Shown here in pieces: positions 42,966 to 55,666 of a stretch of 64,000 nucleotides of DNA. The first letter of the stretch is position 1, and every line of letters starts with the position of its first letter. The notes beneath the pieces are model-generated. The model searched no databases. It worked only from the letters and a program-made list of their open reading frames with translations, and was not told the origin of the DNA. The position numbers were made by a program, and so were the translations under genes. The stretch comes from Octopus vulgaris (taxonomy: Eukaryota). Where the stretch lies: positions 34,038,001 to 34,102,000 of the forward strand of contig OX597831.1 in assembly GCA_951406725.2 (NCBI GenBank), read 5' to 3'.

Positions 42966-43000
42966 GTTTCCGAAGAAGAGCTAGTCTCGAAACGTAAAAC
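42966..43000 (+). ncRNA. Minimal hammerhead-like motif with variant core CCGAAGA
   Basis: GTTT CCGAAGA A GAG ctagt CTC GAAA CG TA^ AAAC; homologous copy at 48270-48304 (-). Confidence 0.5.
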
Positions 43001-43088
43001 AACTACTCTCTTCTTTCTCTGAGCAACATACGAATACATTACTTGTGCTACGTCCCCAAGTTTGCTTGTTTTTCCTTTTCCTCTCTTG

Positions 43089-43142
<54 letters not shown>

Positions 43143-43713
43143 ATATATATATATATATATACATACATATATTCATGTATGTATCTATGTATGTATGTGG
43201 TAGCAGTAAATTCGTAACAGTAAGACAACTTGCCAAACCCAGTAAGTCTATGCAAACGTTCTGAGAGTCCATGAATTTCGTGCGCATGAATTTATTTTCA
43301 GTGGGTAAGAAAAAATGCACCGCACTGACCACCTTATCAGCGCAATCAGTAATAAAAACGATTGGCACAACATAGTTCGAGACCACCAGAAACCAACTGC
43401 GTTTTTCTTTTTATACGCTTTTACCTTCTCGAAAGAAGTTCTAACGAGAAATAGTTTTCTTTCACTTTCACATACTAGTTAACCCCTATCTGGTACACTA
43501 ACAGGGTCAGAATAGATCTGAAAAGAATAAAAGTTAAGAAAAACTTAGAACTCCCTTTTAAACTCATACCCAGGACATATGTATACATACATACATACCA
43601 AAATTGCAAAGATAATCTGGAACTCGACTGAGGATAAGAAACTCCGAATGATCCGTGCGTGTTTTCCTTGTATCGTCTGCTTGGATGTTTTGCGTTCTTC
43701 TCCCATTTTGTAT

Positions 43714-43751
<38 letters not shown>

Positions 43752-44949
43752 CGAGCAAAACGCCCCCCTCCCGGTGAATGGACGGTGCTGAGTTGTCAAT
43801 TAAATGCGGTGTGATGAGCTAAAGTGTATTTCTTATTATACCTTCTCTTCCTTTAGACAGCACAATATTTTTAATTAAATTTAAGACTCGAGATTATGAT
43901 GATCTATCTTCTATCTTGATTTCTACTTTTCCGCCTCGCCTGAGATCATTTATCATTAGTTTGATAGGAAGGGATATATATTCATTACAATGTTAACTTA
44001 AATGCTTTCCATAAATATTAGAGTTTTTTGTTCACATTGTAAGTTATATAAGTATCCATTAATTAATACCTGCTGGGCTGCGATTTATGACTTTCTTAAA
44101 GGACTGTGTTGCTTGCTCATTGTCCTTGTTCCTAATCTATCAATAGTTCTCTGGTTTTGTTATTCTTTTCTAATTCGCCTCTGTTATTTTCAAGTACTCT
44201 TACTCTTTTCCTTGTACGCATTTCTTGTATATATATTTGGATTAGTGTTGTTGATCGGATGTACCTTTGTGGTCTTTAAAATGTTCCTAATTCACTTCAT
44301 GATTCTATGTATACATTACGATTCTAAAGTCATTAGACAAAGTTCTAATTTTTAATTTGCAATTACTATCGCTTATCCAGAAAACATTATCCAATTAATT
44401 TGGGTATTATATTTATCCACAATTGTCTTCTTCAATTGTGTATTCATAGGGAAGCCATCTTCAGGTTGATTAATATATTAATTTACATTCGTTAAATAGT
44501 TTATAGTGTTCAGACATGAGTTAGAATTTGCGCTTTTTTATATAGCGTTATTTTATATAAACTTACGTAGTTTGTTTAAACTATTGTTTAGTGAATTAAT
44601 ACTTTGAAATTACATCAATATGCATACATTCATATAGATATAGAAGAAGATTACAATTTTTTCAACGTACATAAAGCGTTTTTTTGTGTACAATTTCACG
44701 TTAGTTGTTTATATTCTTTTGCAAAAGAATATTCTTATCTAAAGTATATTTCAGTGAAATAACATATTAAACTCTCATTAGTATACATACAGTTACATCA
44801 GTATGCCTGATAGCTACAATATAAGATGTCCATACAAATTTTCAATAACATTATTTCGTATTATAGATACCTGTCGTATGCACAGGTTCAGAAGCTCGTC
44901 CACGTAATTGTTCCGGGTTCTCTCCAGGATTTTTAAGTATATTTTTTCC

Positions 44950-45830
44950 AAATACCAGGAAAGAATTAATAATTTTATGGTTGCATGTTAAGATGATTTA
45001 CAAGTACCTATTAGCCATTTGCTCTTTAGAAAGGATAATTTCTAGTGCCTCTTCTAAGCACAAGTTTCAGACACAGGATAGTCCATCGTATGGTTTAGCA
45101 CTTTTCAGTATAAACTATTTTGATACAAACTTCTTTCCACCTCGCTTTAAATTCCAGATGAGACTCGTTAATGAAATGTAGCGACTCTTCCTTTAATCGG
45201 AAAAAGATGTGGTGCGGTTTCTCTGGCGGCTTTTGCACTGATGTACACATATTGTTGTGCTTGTGATTACACTTCGCAATTATATATAACATTCCACCTC
45301 ATGCAGTTATTTTGGAAATTGCATTCATTCATAATTCTACAGTTGCATCTTATGGAGTAGTTTCTCCTGTGTGGTCCTCTTTTTTTTAACCTTTAGTTTT
45401 GTAATTCAGTGTGCTGTTCGAATGCGTGTTGTTGATGTTTCTGGCGTCATTTTCGCTGATTACTATCTGTGCTTCAGGTCTTATTTCGTTTCTGCCTACC
45501 TCGCTGTCTGAATCTTCTGTTAAAAAAATATTGTTTTCTTCATTTATTTTATGTTTCTTATACAGTTTATTATTTTTTTTTTGCTTATTCATTTTCCCCT
45601 AAATGTTTCATTCTCACCTTTGGTGCTTTCGTTTCCATATTCCAGATTTAGTTTATTATTTTTATTATTTAGTTTTTGCATATAATACTCTAGATAGAGT
45701 GAAATTACGTATGCCAATTTTACACAGTGTCAATTATAACTTTTATAGTACCTACTTGACCTAGGGAAATGTCTATCTAATGCTGAGAAAAATTTACGCC
45801 CAATTTCGGACACAATCTGTAAACCATATA
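44950..45830 (-). pseudogene. Degraded Penelope-like element ORF C-terminus (RT thumb region, Cys-rich linker, GIY-YIG)
   Basis: EIGRKFFSALDRHFP...YN; RCNCR...C....C...NVIYNCEV...YVYISA; LIWNLK; ILKSAKPY....*NLCLEE...CNH, with stops and frameshifts. Confidence 0.8.
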
Positions 45831-46885
45831 TCTTATCTAACCCAATTAATGTATGTTTTGCCTCTTTGCCGGTTCGTTGCGTGTAGCGCTTAGGGAACGA
45901 CTCCCTCACAGTATTGAGTGTTAAAACACCTGGTAGTCCCATTCAGGAGAGATGGATATCAATATTTCACCGGATTTTTTTTGGTAGGTTAACAACATTA
46001 CGTACCTGAATTGAACTGGAGACAAACTGAATCGCCAGTCTATGACTATATATAAATAAAGCAAGAACCATTTGCAGGTTTTCGACAACGATGCATACGT
46101 ATGATTAAATTCGAATACGAATTAAAAGCAGCGCTAATGTACAAATTATCGACCGCACATACTCAATGTTCTTTTGCTTGTTCACCGGTTCGCTCCCCTA
46201 TAGCACTTTGTGGATAACTTCCTCATAGCACTGGGTGTTAAGGCACGTAAAAGTCATGCACACACATACATACAATGCATTCTATCTTCGTTGAGAAGGC
46301 ATGCAATAGTTTCAAATGATGAGATCTTCACAATTGTTAACATGTGTCCCATGGGTGGGTTAGTAGACAGCTCTGTTTGGGATCATCTAAAAATGAGACG
46401 TGTACTAACATTGCAATGTGGCAAGCTTTAGACAATTGTGAAAACTATCTCCACAGAAGACCATCGGTTGCCTTGTTTACCCACAAATATTTATCTGTGA
46501 ATGCGGTGTTGGATGTTGAACATTCATTCTAATTGCTTGATATTATAGTGTATATACTTTTCATTAGCAGCCTGCGAAACTTCAAGTAGGACGGAACCGA
46601 ATCAAACGGTTTTAAATAATTATAATAATAATGATAATTTTTTAACTTTTTTTTCTTGTTTCAATCATTTGACTGTGACCATGCTGGAGCACCGCTTTAG
46701 TCGACCAAATCGACCCCAGGACTTATTCATTGTAAGCCTAGTACTTATTCTATCGGATCTCTTTTGCCGAACCTCTATGTTACGGGGACGTAAACACACG
46801 AGCATCAGTTGTCAAGCGATATTGGGGTACAAACACAGACACACAAACACACACACGCGCGAGCGATCACACACACACACACACA

Positions 46886-46921
<36 letters not shown>

Positions 46922-47066
46922 GTATATATTTATATGTAATATGTATATATTTATATATTTACGCATACTCACATACATATATCCAATATATATATTTACA
47001 CTCATACATACATATAAACAAACATATATATATATATATATCTGTATGTATATATATATATATATC

Positions 47067-47120
<54 letters not shown>

Positions 47121-47799
47121 ATATAATAACAAATTAATAAATAAAACATGCATATAAACGTAGGACACAATGAGAAACGAAAACATAAAAACAAAAACAT
47201 GGAAACAGACCCTTTCAAACAACGAAAAAACAGAGCGCAAGACATACAACACAAGGAATATTCCCCTTCTTCAGCTGCCCTTGCTTCGACTACACACACA
47301 CACGCATATACTTATATCAGTCTGTCTGAAGCATTGTTAAGTATACATATAACAAGACAAAGAAGACATACTATGGCGCAGAAATCAAATCATTCCTGAT
47401 TAGCGATTATTGAATAGAAGCAATTCTCGCAGTCAAAAGTTGTCCCGGAATGCGACGAATACGTCGTCTTCTTCCAAACATACCCTGCACACAAGAACAA
47501 ACACAGACACAAAAAAAAACACAAACGAACTACAAAGGACGACAAATTGAATGTAACTTTCCATATTCATTTGCATTGCTTTGATTTTGGAACTGTGCTA
47601 TAAACCAATGCATAAGGAAATAGTTATTTAATCGACATATACTCGAATACATACAAAAGCATAGGACACGTGAGCATACATTTTACGTATACACTGGCAC
47701 ACATATTTACATAGATACATACATACATACATACATACATACATACATACATACACGCACATACATACACACACGAACGCATAGACACATATTATATAA

Positions 47800-48105
47800 G
47801 CGAAGGTGCTTGGCTTAGTGGTTATGACGTTCTATTGGGCATTTCAAGAGCGTGAGTTCGATACCAAACTGGGTGATGTGTCCCTGTGTAAAACACTTTA
47901 TTTCACGTTGTCAGTATACTAAGTTGGCAAAAGTGAGTTGTACCTGTATTTCAAAAGGCTGACCTTGTCGAATTCTGTGTCACGCTGAATCTCCCTCAGA
48001 ACTGCGTCAAGGGTACGCGTGTCTGTGGAGTTCTCAGCCACTTGCACGTTTATTTCGCGAGCAAGCAGTTCCGTTGATCGTACCAACTGAAACATTCGTG
48101 GTTGT
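47800..48105 (+). mobile_element. SINE family C, diverged copy
   Basis: Homology to 5975-6240 and 32514-32897. Confidence 0.75.
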
Positions 48106-48269
48106 ATACACACACACACACACACACACGCACACACACAAACACGCACGCACGCACGCACACACGCTCACACACACAGTGTAAACTACAAATAAACGGA
48201 GAAAAAAAACAAGATAAAAACAACAACGTGAGGATGTAGCAAGTGTAGAAGAGAAGGAAGAGAGTGGTT

Positions 48270-48304
48270 GTTTTACGTTTCGAACATAACTCTTCTTCGG
48301 AAAC
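48270..48304 (-). ncRNA. Minimal hammerhead-like motif with variant core CCGAAGA
   Basis: Minus strand GTTT CCGAAGA A GAGT tat GTTC GAAA CG TA^ AAAC. Confidence 0.5.
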
Positions 48305-48566
48305 AGAAAATATAAGAAAGTCCAAAGGAAAAGGAAGACAGGGGAAAAAATCGCCAACATGTAATTTCGTCTGTCGTTTTGAACCAAGGCCCTGAAAAGA
48401 CTTGTATACATAGATACGAATTGTTTATAAAACAAGTAATCTATATAAATCTAAACAAATTGTTGACTTTGGTTTTTTTTTAAAATGGCTATATTATGTT
48501 ATATTTTATAGTATATTATATTATTATGTAATGAATTGTTAGATTGCCAATTGTATTTCTCTTTAT

Positions 48567-48625
<59 letters not shown>

Positions 48626-48640
48626 ATATATGTATATGTC

Positions 48641-48927
48641 TATATACTATTGTCTGGGGAGAGTCATTCTCTTTTAGTGACTTATAATTTAACACACACA
48701 CAGGTAAATTTTCCACTCATTTCCTTCTTTATTTTTCTAAATGTTTGTTGCATCTTGCAACTTTTTCAATAAAATTATTGAATGGGTTACAAGACGCAAA
48801 ATTTTAGAAAGATAACGACGAAAATTTTAGAAAAATAAAGAAGAAAATGAGTGGAAATTTTACCGGTGAGTGTGTTAAATTATAAGTCACTAAAAGAGAC
48901 TGACCTTCTCCAGACACAATAGTATAT
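48641..48927. repeat. ~290-bp imperfect fold-back palindrome
   Basis: ATACTATTGTCTGGGGAGAGTCA...TCTTGCAAC..TTCAATAA is mirrored by TTATTGAA..GTTACAAGA...TGACCTTCTCCAGAC..AATAGTAT; centre ~48773. Confidence 0.85.
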
Positions 48928-48997
48928 GCTTAAACACACGAACTCACATAAAGAATCTTGCAAACCGAATCCCAAAACGAAATATGTCAGTATATGT

Positions 48998-49062
<65 letters not shown>

Positions 49063-49101
49063 CATACATATATATATATATAGGCAGAGATATATACACA
49101 C

Positions 49102-49137
<36 letters not shown>

Positions 49138-49591
49138 GCAAATATGAGCTTACTATGTGAGTGTGATTTGTGCTTGTGTGTATATGTGTGTTTATGTGTA
49201 TGTGTGGGTCGTGTAAGTGAGCACGCGCAAATAGATGGTAGTGTTAACGAAATATATTAAATTAACGATATTTGCAAACTCAAATGACTGATACCTTCTT
49301 GACAGAAAAATGTCCAGAAATGAATATGTATGAATGTATGTATATATAGACATGTGTATATGTGCTTGTGTGTGTTTGTGTGTGCGTGCGCGCTTGTGTG
49401 TGTGTGTGTGTGTGTGTGCAAGATCCAAAGACCGAGGTGTAGGAGGGAAGTTCGCTTCAAGCAAACCGTAGTAAATATAGAAAACAACTTTCAGGGAAAA
49501 TAGTAGTCTATTAAAACGAAGGTTGTAGATCTTTTTCTTATCAAAGTACGTTAAATAAAAAAAGGTATTTGTTTTATATTTCACAGTAGGA

Positions 49592-50413
49592 AGGCAGTTA
49601 TCTGGCAGAGACGTTAGCACGCCGGGCGAAATGCTTAGCGGTATTTCGTCTGCCGCTACGTTCTGAGTTCAAATTCTGCCGAGGTCGACTTTGCCTATCA
49701 GCCTTTCGGGGTCGATAAATTAAGCACCAGTTACGCACTGAGGTCGATATAATCGATTTAATCCGTTTGTCTGTCCTTGTTTGTCCTCTCTGTGTTTAGC
49801 CCCTTGTGGGCAGTAAAGAAATAAGTATTTCGGCTGTCTTTATGTTCTGAGTATAAATTCCGCCGAGGTCGACTTTGCCCTTCATCCTTTCGGGGTCGAT
49901 AAATTAAGTACCAGTTACGCACTAGGATCGATGTAATCGACTTAATCTGTTTGTCCTTGTTTGTCCTCTCTATGTTTAGCCCCTTGTGTGTAGTAAAGAA
50001 ATAGGTATTTCGTTTAAAAAGTCGGCGAGCTGACAGGAACGTTAGCACGCCGGGCGAAATGCTTAGCGGTATTTCGTCTGCCGCTACGTTCTGAGTTCAA
50101 ATTCCGCCGAGGTCAACTTTGCCTTTCAGCCTTTCGGGGTCGATAAATTAAGTACCAGTTACGCACTGGGGTCAATGTAATCGACTTAATCCCTTTGTCT
50201 GTCCTTCTTTGTCCCCTCTATGTTTAGCCCCTTGTGGGCAATAAAGAAATAGGTATTTCGTGTCTTTACGTTCTGTGTTCAAATTCCGCCGAGGTCGACT
50301 TTGCATTTCATCCTTTCGGGGTCTATAAATTAAGTACCTGTTACGTATTGGGTCGATCTAATCACCTGGCCTCCTACCCCCAAATTTCAGGCCTTGTGCC
50401 TAGAGTAAAAAGT
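49592..50413 (+). mobile_element. SINE family A multimer (four bodies)
   Basis: B-box/central block repeated four times, heads at ~49592 and ~50021, single terminal end. Confidence 0.85.
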
Positions 50414-50781
50414 ATTTTAATAATGTTATATATATACATATATATGTGTGTGTGTCTGTGTGTCTGTGTGTGTGTGTATGTTAATGCAGTTCAAACAATT
50501 GTTGGGTTTTTTAAGGTAAGTTCTAAAATAAAGTTATGATTTTCTTCGTACATATTGATTATATATATATATATCTTTACACACACACATATATTAATAT
50601 ATATATATATATATATATATATACCGGAGTAAGCACATAAATGTGAAACAAGGTGGAAAAAAGAGTACTCAAATACCAGTGGTAGAGTAATATGCTTTAT
50701 TTAAAGCAGCAGAAAATTCAACAAAATCTGTTACTCTGAGTTTCTCGTTGCCGTTCATTAGATAGTTTTTGCTAAATAAAG

Positions 50782-50812
<31 letters not shown>

Positions 50813-50835
50813 ACACACATACACACCTACACACC

Positions 50836-50885
<50 letters not shown>

Positions 50886-51536
50886 AGCGCTAGCACACAT
50901 ACACACACATATTATACATATCAGCAAACACATTTTTACATAGATACATACGCACATATATACATACATACGACACGTACGGATACATCCCCTTCCATTC
51001 CGCGCGCACACACTCAAATATATAAGCATACACACATGTATATACATTTATTTAAGAATATATACCTACGCATGCGTCTATGTGTATATTCGTATGCGAA
51101 TGAATCTGTTTGTATACGAGTTTGCATTCAACACAAAGATATAATCAATTGGTTTCGCCGCTAATTGTTATTAAACGTTTTGAAGCGGATAGAATTTCAC
51201 TCTAAGCGTTTCCAGCAATCAAACAGTAAAATGTATTTGTATTAATGTGATTGTTAAAACATGTTTTACTTCACATAGAGAGAGAACTGGTGAATTGTGT
51301 CAAAATATATTTAAAACTTTTGTTTGTTTTTATTACTTGTTTTATTTTTAGACTGTGCCCATGCTGGGGCGGCACGGCATTGTAAAATATTTGTAGTCGA
51401 TGGTGTCTGAGCGCGCCTGGTACTCATTCTATTGCTTCTCTCTTGCCGTAAAACCAGCAACACCGGTTATCAAACGGTGGTGGAGAACAAAAGACCCAAA
51501 CACACACACACACACAAGCGCGCGCCGGGCCCACAC

Positions 51537-51590
<54 letters not shown>

Positions 51591-51639
51591 GTATATATCT
51601 TTTATCCTTTACTTGTTTCAGTCATTATACTGCAGCCTG

Positions 51640-52740
51640 GACTTTGTGGGGAGGGGGACAGTCAATTACATCGACCCCCAGTATTCGACTTGTACTTAAT
51701 TTATCGACCCCGAAAGGATAAAAGGCAAAGTCAACCTCGGTGGAATTTGAACTCAGAACGTGGCGGCAGACGAAATACCTTTTTCTTTACTACCCACCAG
51801 GGGTTAAGCACAGAAGGAACAAACAAGGACAGACACACGGATTAAGTCGATTACTTCGACCCCAGTGCGTAGCGTAACTGGTACTGAATTTGTCAATCCT
51901 GAAAGGATGAAAGGCAAAGTCGACCTCGGCGGAATTAAAACTCAGAACGTAAAGACAGATGAAATACTGCTAAGCATTTCGCCCGGCGCGCTAACCAGCT
52001 AGGCGCCTTCCTACTGTGAAATGTGGTTGTGCTGGTGGCAAAAAACAAAACAAAAAACGATTGCATTGTTTTTTGTAATTGATATTTATGTTTAGTATTC
52101 CACTGGAGCCACTGACATACAAAACATTAACAACACGAACAATTAACAAGTTAATTAGCTGGCATAACCGTGAAGTAGAGGCCACCTCACACGTCATTTT
52201 AATTGTTTTTGACCAGATGTCATTAGAAATAATTCTTTCCACTATGGAAAAGAAGACCTGAAATTTTGGAGGAGATGGAGTAAGTCGGTTATGTCGACCC
52301 CAGTTCTTAAGTGGTATCTATTTTATCGGCTCCGAATGACGAAAAGCAAAGTCGACCTCGGTGGAATATCTTTAATAATGATAATTTTATTCAGAAGAAT
52401 CTTTTGATCGATCCACAAAAGAGAAAAGGTCAAGATGATCTCGGCGGAATTTGAACTCAAAACATTAAAAGTCGTAAGAAATTCCGTTAAGCATTTCGTC
52501 CGACACTCTAACAATTCTGCCAGCTAGACAATGATAATAATAATACTTTCTAATAGATGCACAAGGTCTGAAATTTTGCGGGGTGTAGGCTAGTACCTGA
52601 CTGATCCATATTTTATCGACCCCAAAGGATGAAAGATAAAGTCGACCACGGCCCCATTTGAACCCAGAACATAAAGACGGGCGAAATGCCGCTGAGTAGT
52701 TTGTCCGGCGTGCTAACGGTTCTGTCAGCTCGCCGTCTTC
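51640..52740 (-). mobile_element. Cluster of minus-strand SINE family A copies
   Basis: Dimer at ~51640-51995 and degraded copies at ~52255-52740. Confidence 0.75.
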
Positions 52741-52960
52741 CTTGCCTAAAATAATAATCTTTATTGGCCACAAACGCTGCTCGCTAAGAATAATAATGAG
52801 CGTCATAAGTTTGCCAAATTAAATGAAGATACCTATTATTACCTGCGACAGCATTTGAAAGATTCATGTCTCTAGCAGTGACTAGTATTTGTGCTTCTTG
52901 ATTTCCTAGGCCCTTCGTTGCATCCCTCGACGATGATGCTTCAGTCTCCAGCACGTGACT

Positions 52961-53198
52961 ATCTGTTTCCTTATTGCCCACAAGGGGCTAAACATAGAGG
53001 GGACAAACAAGGACAGACAAACGGATTAAGTCGATTACATCGACCCCAGTGCGTAACTGGTACTTAATTTATCGACCCCAAAAGGATGAAAGGCAAAGTT
53101 GACCTCGGCGGAATTTGAACTCAGAACGTAACGGCAGACGAAATACGGCTACGCATTTCGCCCGGCGTGTTAACGTTTCTGCCAGCTCGCCGCCTTTG
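52961..53198 (-). mobile_element. SINE family A monomer with 13-bp TSD
   Basis: CCAGCACGTGACT at 52948-52960 and 53199-53211. Confidence 0.9.
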
Positions 53199-53942
53199 CC
53201 AGCACGTGACTCTCAGTAGATGTACCAGTAACATTTGCATCGCTGACCGCCGTGGAACTCGAGATGTGCGAAAGAATGGATCAACCTGTTTTGATATTCC
53301 CATCGTCGTAGTTCCGATTGGCGGGCTCGTGTAATTATTTCATACATCAGAGGAGAAACACAACTCTTTCTTTTGTACTGTGCTCTATACTGATTCTGTC
53401 GTCATCAACATTAATTTAGAGTTAATACCCTGCATTACCAGTCCCTACTGTTTAATTAATTAACTTTATTTCTACTAATTCTAATGATATCGCATTGCAT
53501 CCCACATCTCGCCAATCCCAAATCTAATTTAATACTGCGTTTGAGCTTTTATAGCCATGATCACGTGTGTTGCGCAATTTGTGCAGGAACGACTTAACAA
53601 AGGAGTCTATAAAGGTTCGCTAAAACCTTGTAGAAAAAATAGTAGCTAAATCTCCCTCAAATGAAGCACTGCGACCTTAAAAATAAAGGAAGGGCACTAA
53701 TTGAATAATTTATTCGAATATTCATTATGTCTGATCAAAAGACAAATTAATCATGGCTGAAATATTTCAACTAAATTCTGTTCAGTCACTTGTTTATTCA
53801 AAAAGGGCTGACATGATGCTGTGATGTTGCTTTAATTGTTGAACTCACTCGTTGGTTTGATAGAATAGTCCGGTGATTTTATGCCGTTCAAACCGCGAAC
53901 ATTCTATTATTTTGCTTCGGCGTTGTCTCTTTCAGATTAGAC

Positions 53943-54230
53943 CAGTGGTTTCCAAAGTGAGCAGTACTAGTACTGCCCCCTTGGCTGGGTGTGGAAAGAT
54001 CCGGGATGGACGTTGAGGAAAGTGGGGTGATAATGGGGTGATGGAAAGGAGGGAGTTGGTTGTAAAAACAACAAAATAATAGGTTAAGTTTTATTTGTGA
54101 AATACTGTTGTTTTGAATTTGCAGCAGAAAGTGGTTTATGAGTCGGGTGAGGGTAGGGTGCAGGTGCTAGGAATGTGACCTGTGTACCAAAGGGGCGGTA
54201 TCTCAAAAAGTTAGGAAACCACAACCACTG
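53943..54230. mobile_element. hAT-like MITE (old)
   Basis: CAGTGGTTTCC ... GGAAACCAC(AACCAC)TG ends; degenerate 8-bp flanks GATTAGAC/GACTGGAT. Confidence 0.55.
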
Positions 54231-55132
54231 GACTGGATAATCCAATGTCCTCTCAAAAATGACCGTTAATTGTGGTTTGATGGAGATTTTCGTTACTGCT
54301 TTTCGAGCGGGTTGAGCTACCTAGCAGAAGAACCGTCGCGCCTTCGTAGAGGCACTGTCGTAGAGTCATAGAAACAATGTAAAAGCTAACAAATGGTTCG
54401 CTAACCTGAAGTGCTGAGTTCGACAGGCGTTAAGGTCATTTATGCTTGTGCTTCTAACATAGAGACTGTAAAAATGTTGAATTTTATTTTTAACTATTAA
54501 TCTGCAAAGAGAAAAAAAAAAATTTTAATGAAAGTATGAGTGCTCCTCAATGTACATTAATTATAATACTTAATTACTAATCATTTGTACATAAATTAAC
54601 TTCATGTACGCACTTTAATTACTTTTCTTGGCGCTAGGTGTAAAATGTGTGCGAGCGCATATGGGAAAGAACGTACCGAGAACAAAGGATAAAGGGAAAT
54701 AACTGAATATCTAAAGTCTTGAGAGTGTAGATGGTAGATGAGGGGTTCTCAATCGTTTTCTTTATCTAAGGACCCTTCTGACTCCTATTTCATTCACGTA
54801 TCAGAGTTTAAAAAAGCCAATTATATTGTTATTATTAAATATAATTAGGAATTAATTTTTTTTTATATTTTGCGTACTGGAAAAGTATAAACAATTAATT
54901 ACAGATTAACTTTTTAACAACAAAATCTTACATGGACCCCTTAGAATTATATGGACCCTGGTTGCGAAAGAATCATTATGATAAACGGATGAGATTAGCA
55001 TGGCAGACATACTCTACATTTATTTTTACCGCATATAGGGGGGTGGGGTGAAGAGCAGCAATAACCATTTACTTTTTCGGGATCGACGAGAATCAGGAGA
55101 TTTAGTTAACACAAAGCTATGGAACCCCATCG

Positions 55133-55172
<40 letters not shown>

Positions 55173-55174
55173 GT

Positions 55175-55546
55175 AGCTGTGTGGTAAGTAGATTGTTTAC
55201 CAACCACATGGTTCCGGGTTCAGTCCCACTGCGTGCACCTACTATAGCCTCGGGCCGACCAAAGCCTTGTGAGTGGATTTGGTTGACGGAAACTGAAAGA
55301 AGCCCGTCGTATATATTTATATATATGTATGTGCGTGTATGTTTGTGTGTCTGTGTTTGTCCCCCTAGCATTGCTTGACAACCGAAGCTGGTGTGTTTAT
55401 GTCCCCGTCACTTAGCGGTTCGGCAAAAGAGACCGATAGAATAAGTACTGGGCTTATAAAGAATAAGTCCCGGGGTCGAGTTGCTCGATTAAAGGCGGTG
55501 CACCAGCATGGCCACAGTCAAAATGACTGAAACAAGTAAAAAAAAA
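55175..55546 (+). mobile_element. SINE family B copy
   Basis: Homology to 16073-16482 with a small deletion in the CORE-like part. Confidence 0.85.
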
Positions 55547-55625
55547 GACATATATGTGTGTATTTGTATATATACATGCAGTAGTACCTTGGTTTTCGAA
55601 CAACTCTGGTCGTGAATAAATCGTG

Positions 55626-55666
<41 letters not shown>

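Noticed and set aside
45067-45069. In-frame TGA at a conserved Cys position (*NLC) of the Penelope-like remnant, suggesting selenocysteine
   Set aside because: The fragment has other TAA/TAG stops and frameshifts; TGY->TGA is a single substitution; no SECIS identified
49592-50413. CRISPR-like repeat array
   Set aside because: Units are ~175-230-bp SINE bodies without unique spacers, in eukaryotic context
50728-50765. Hammerhead-like motif CTAT CTAATGA ACG gcaa CGA GAAA CTC a GAG TA ACAG (-)
   Set aside because: G5A core change and broken stems; treated as a decayed copy, not a functional RNA
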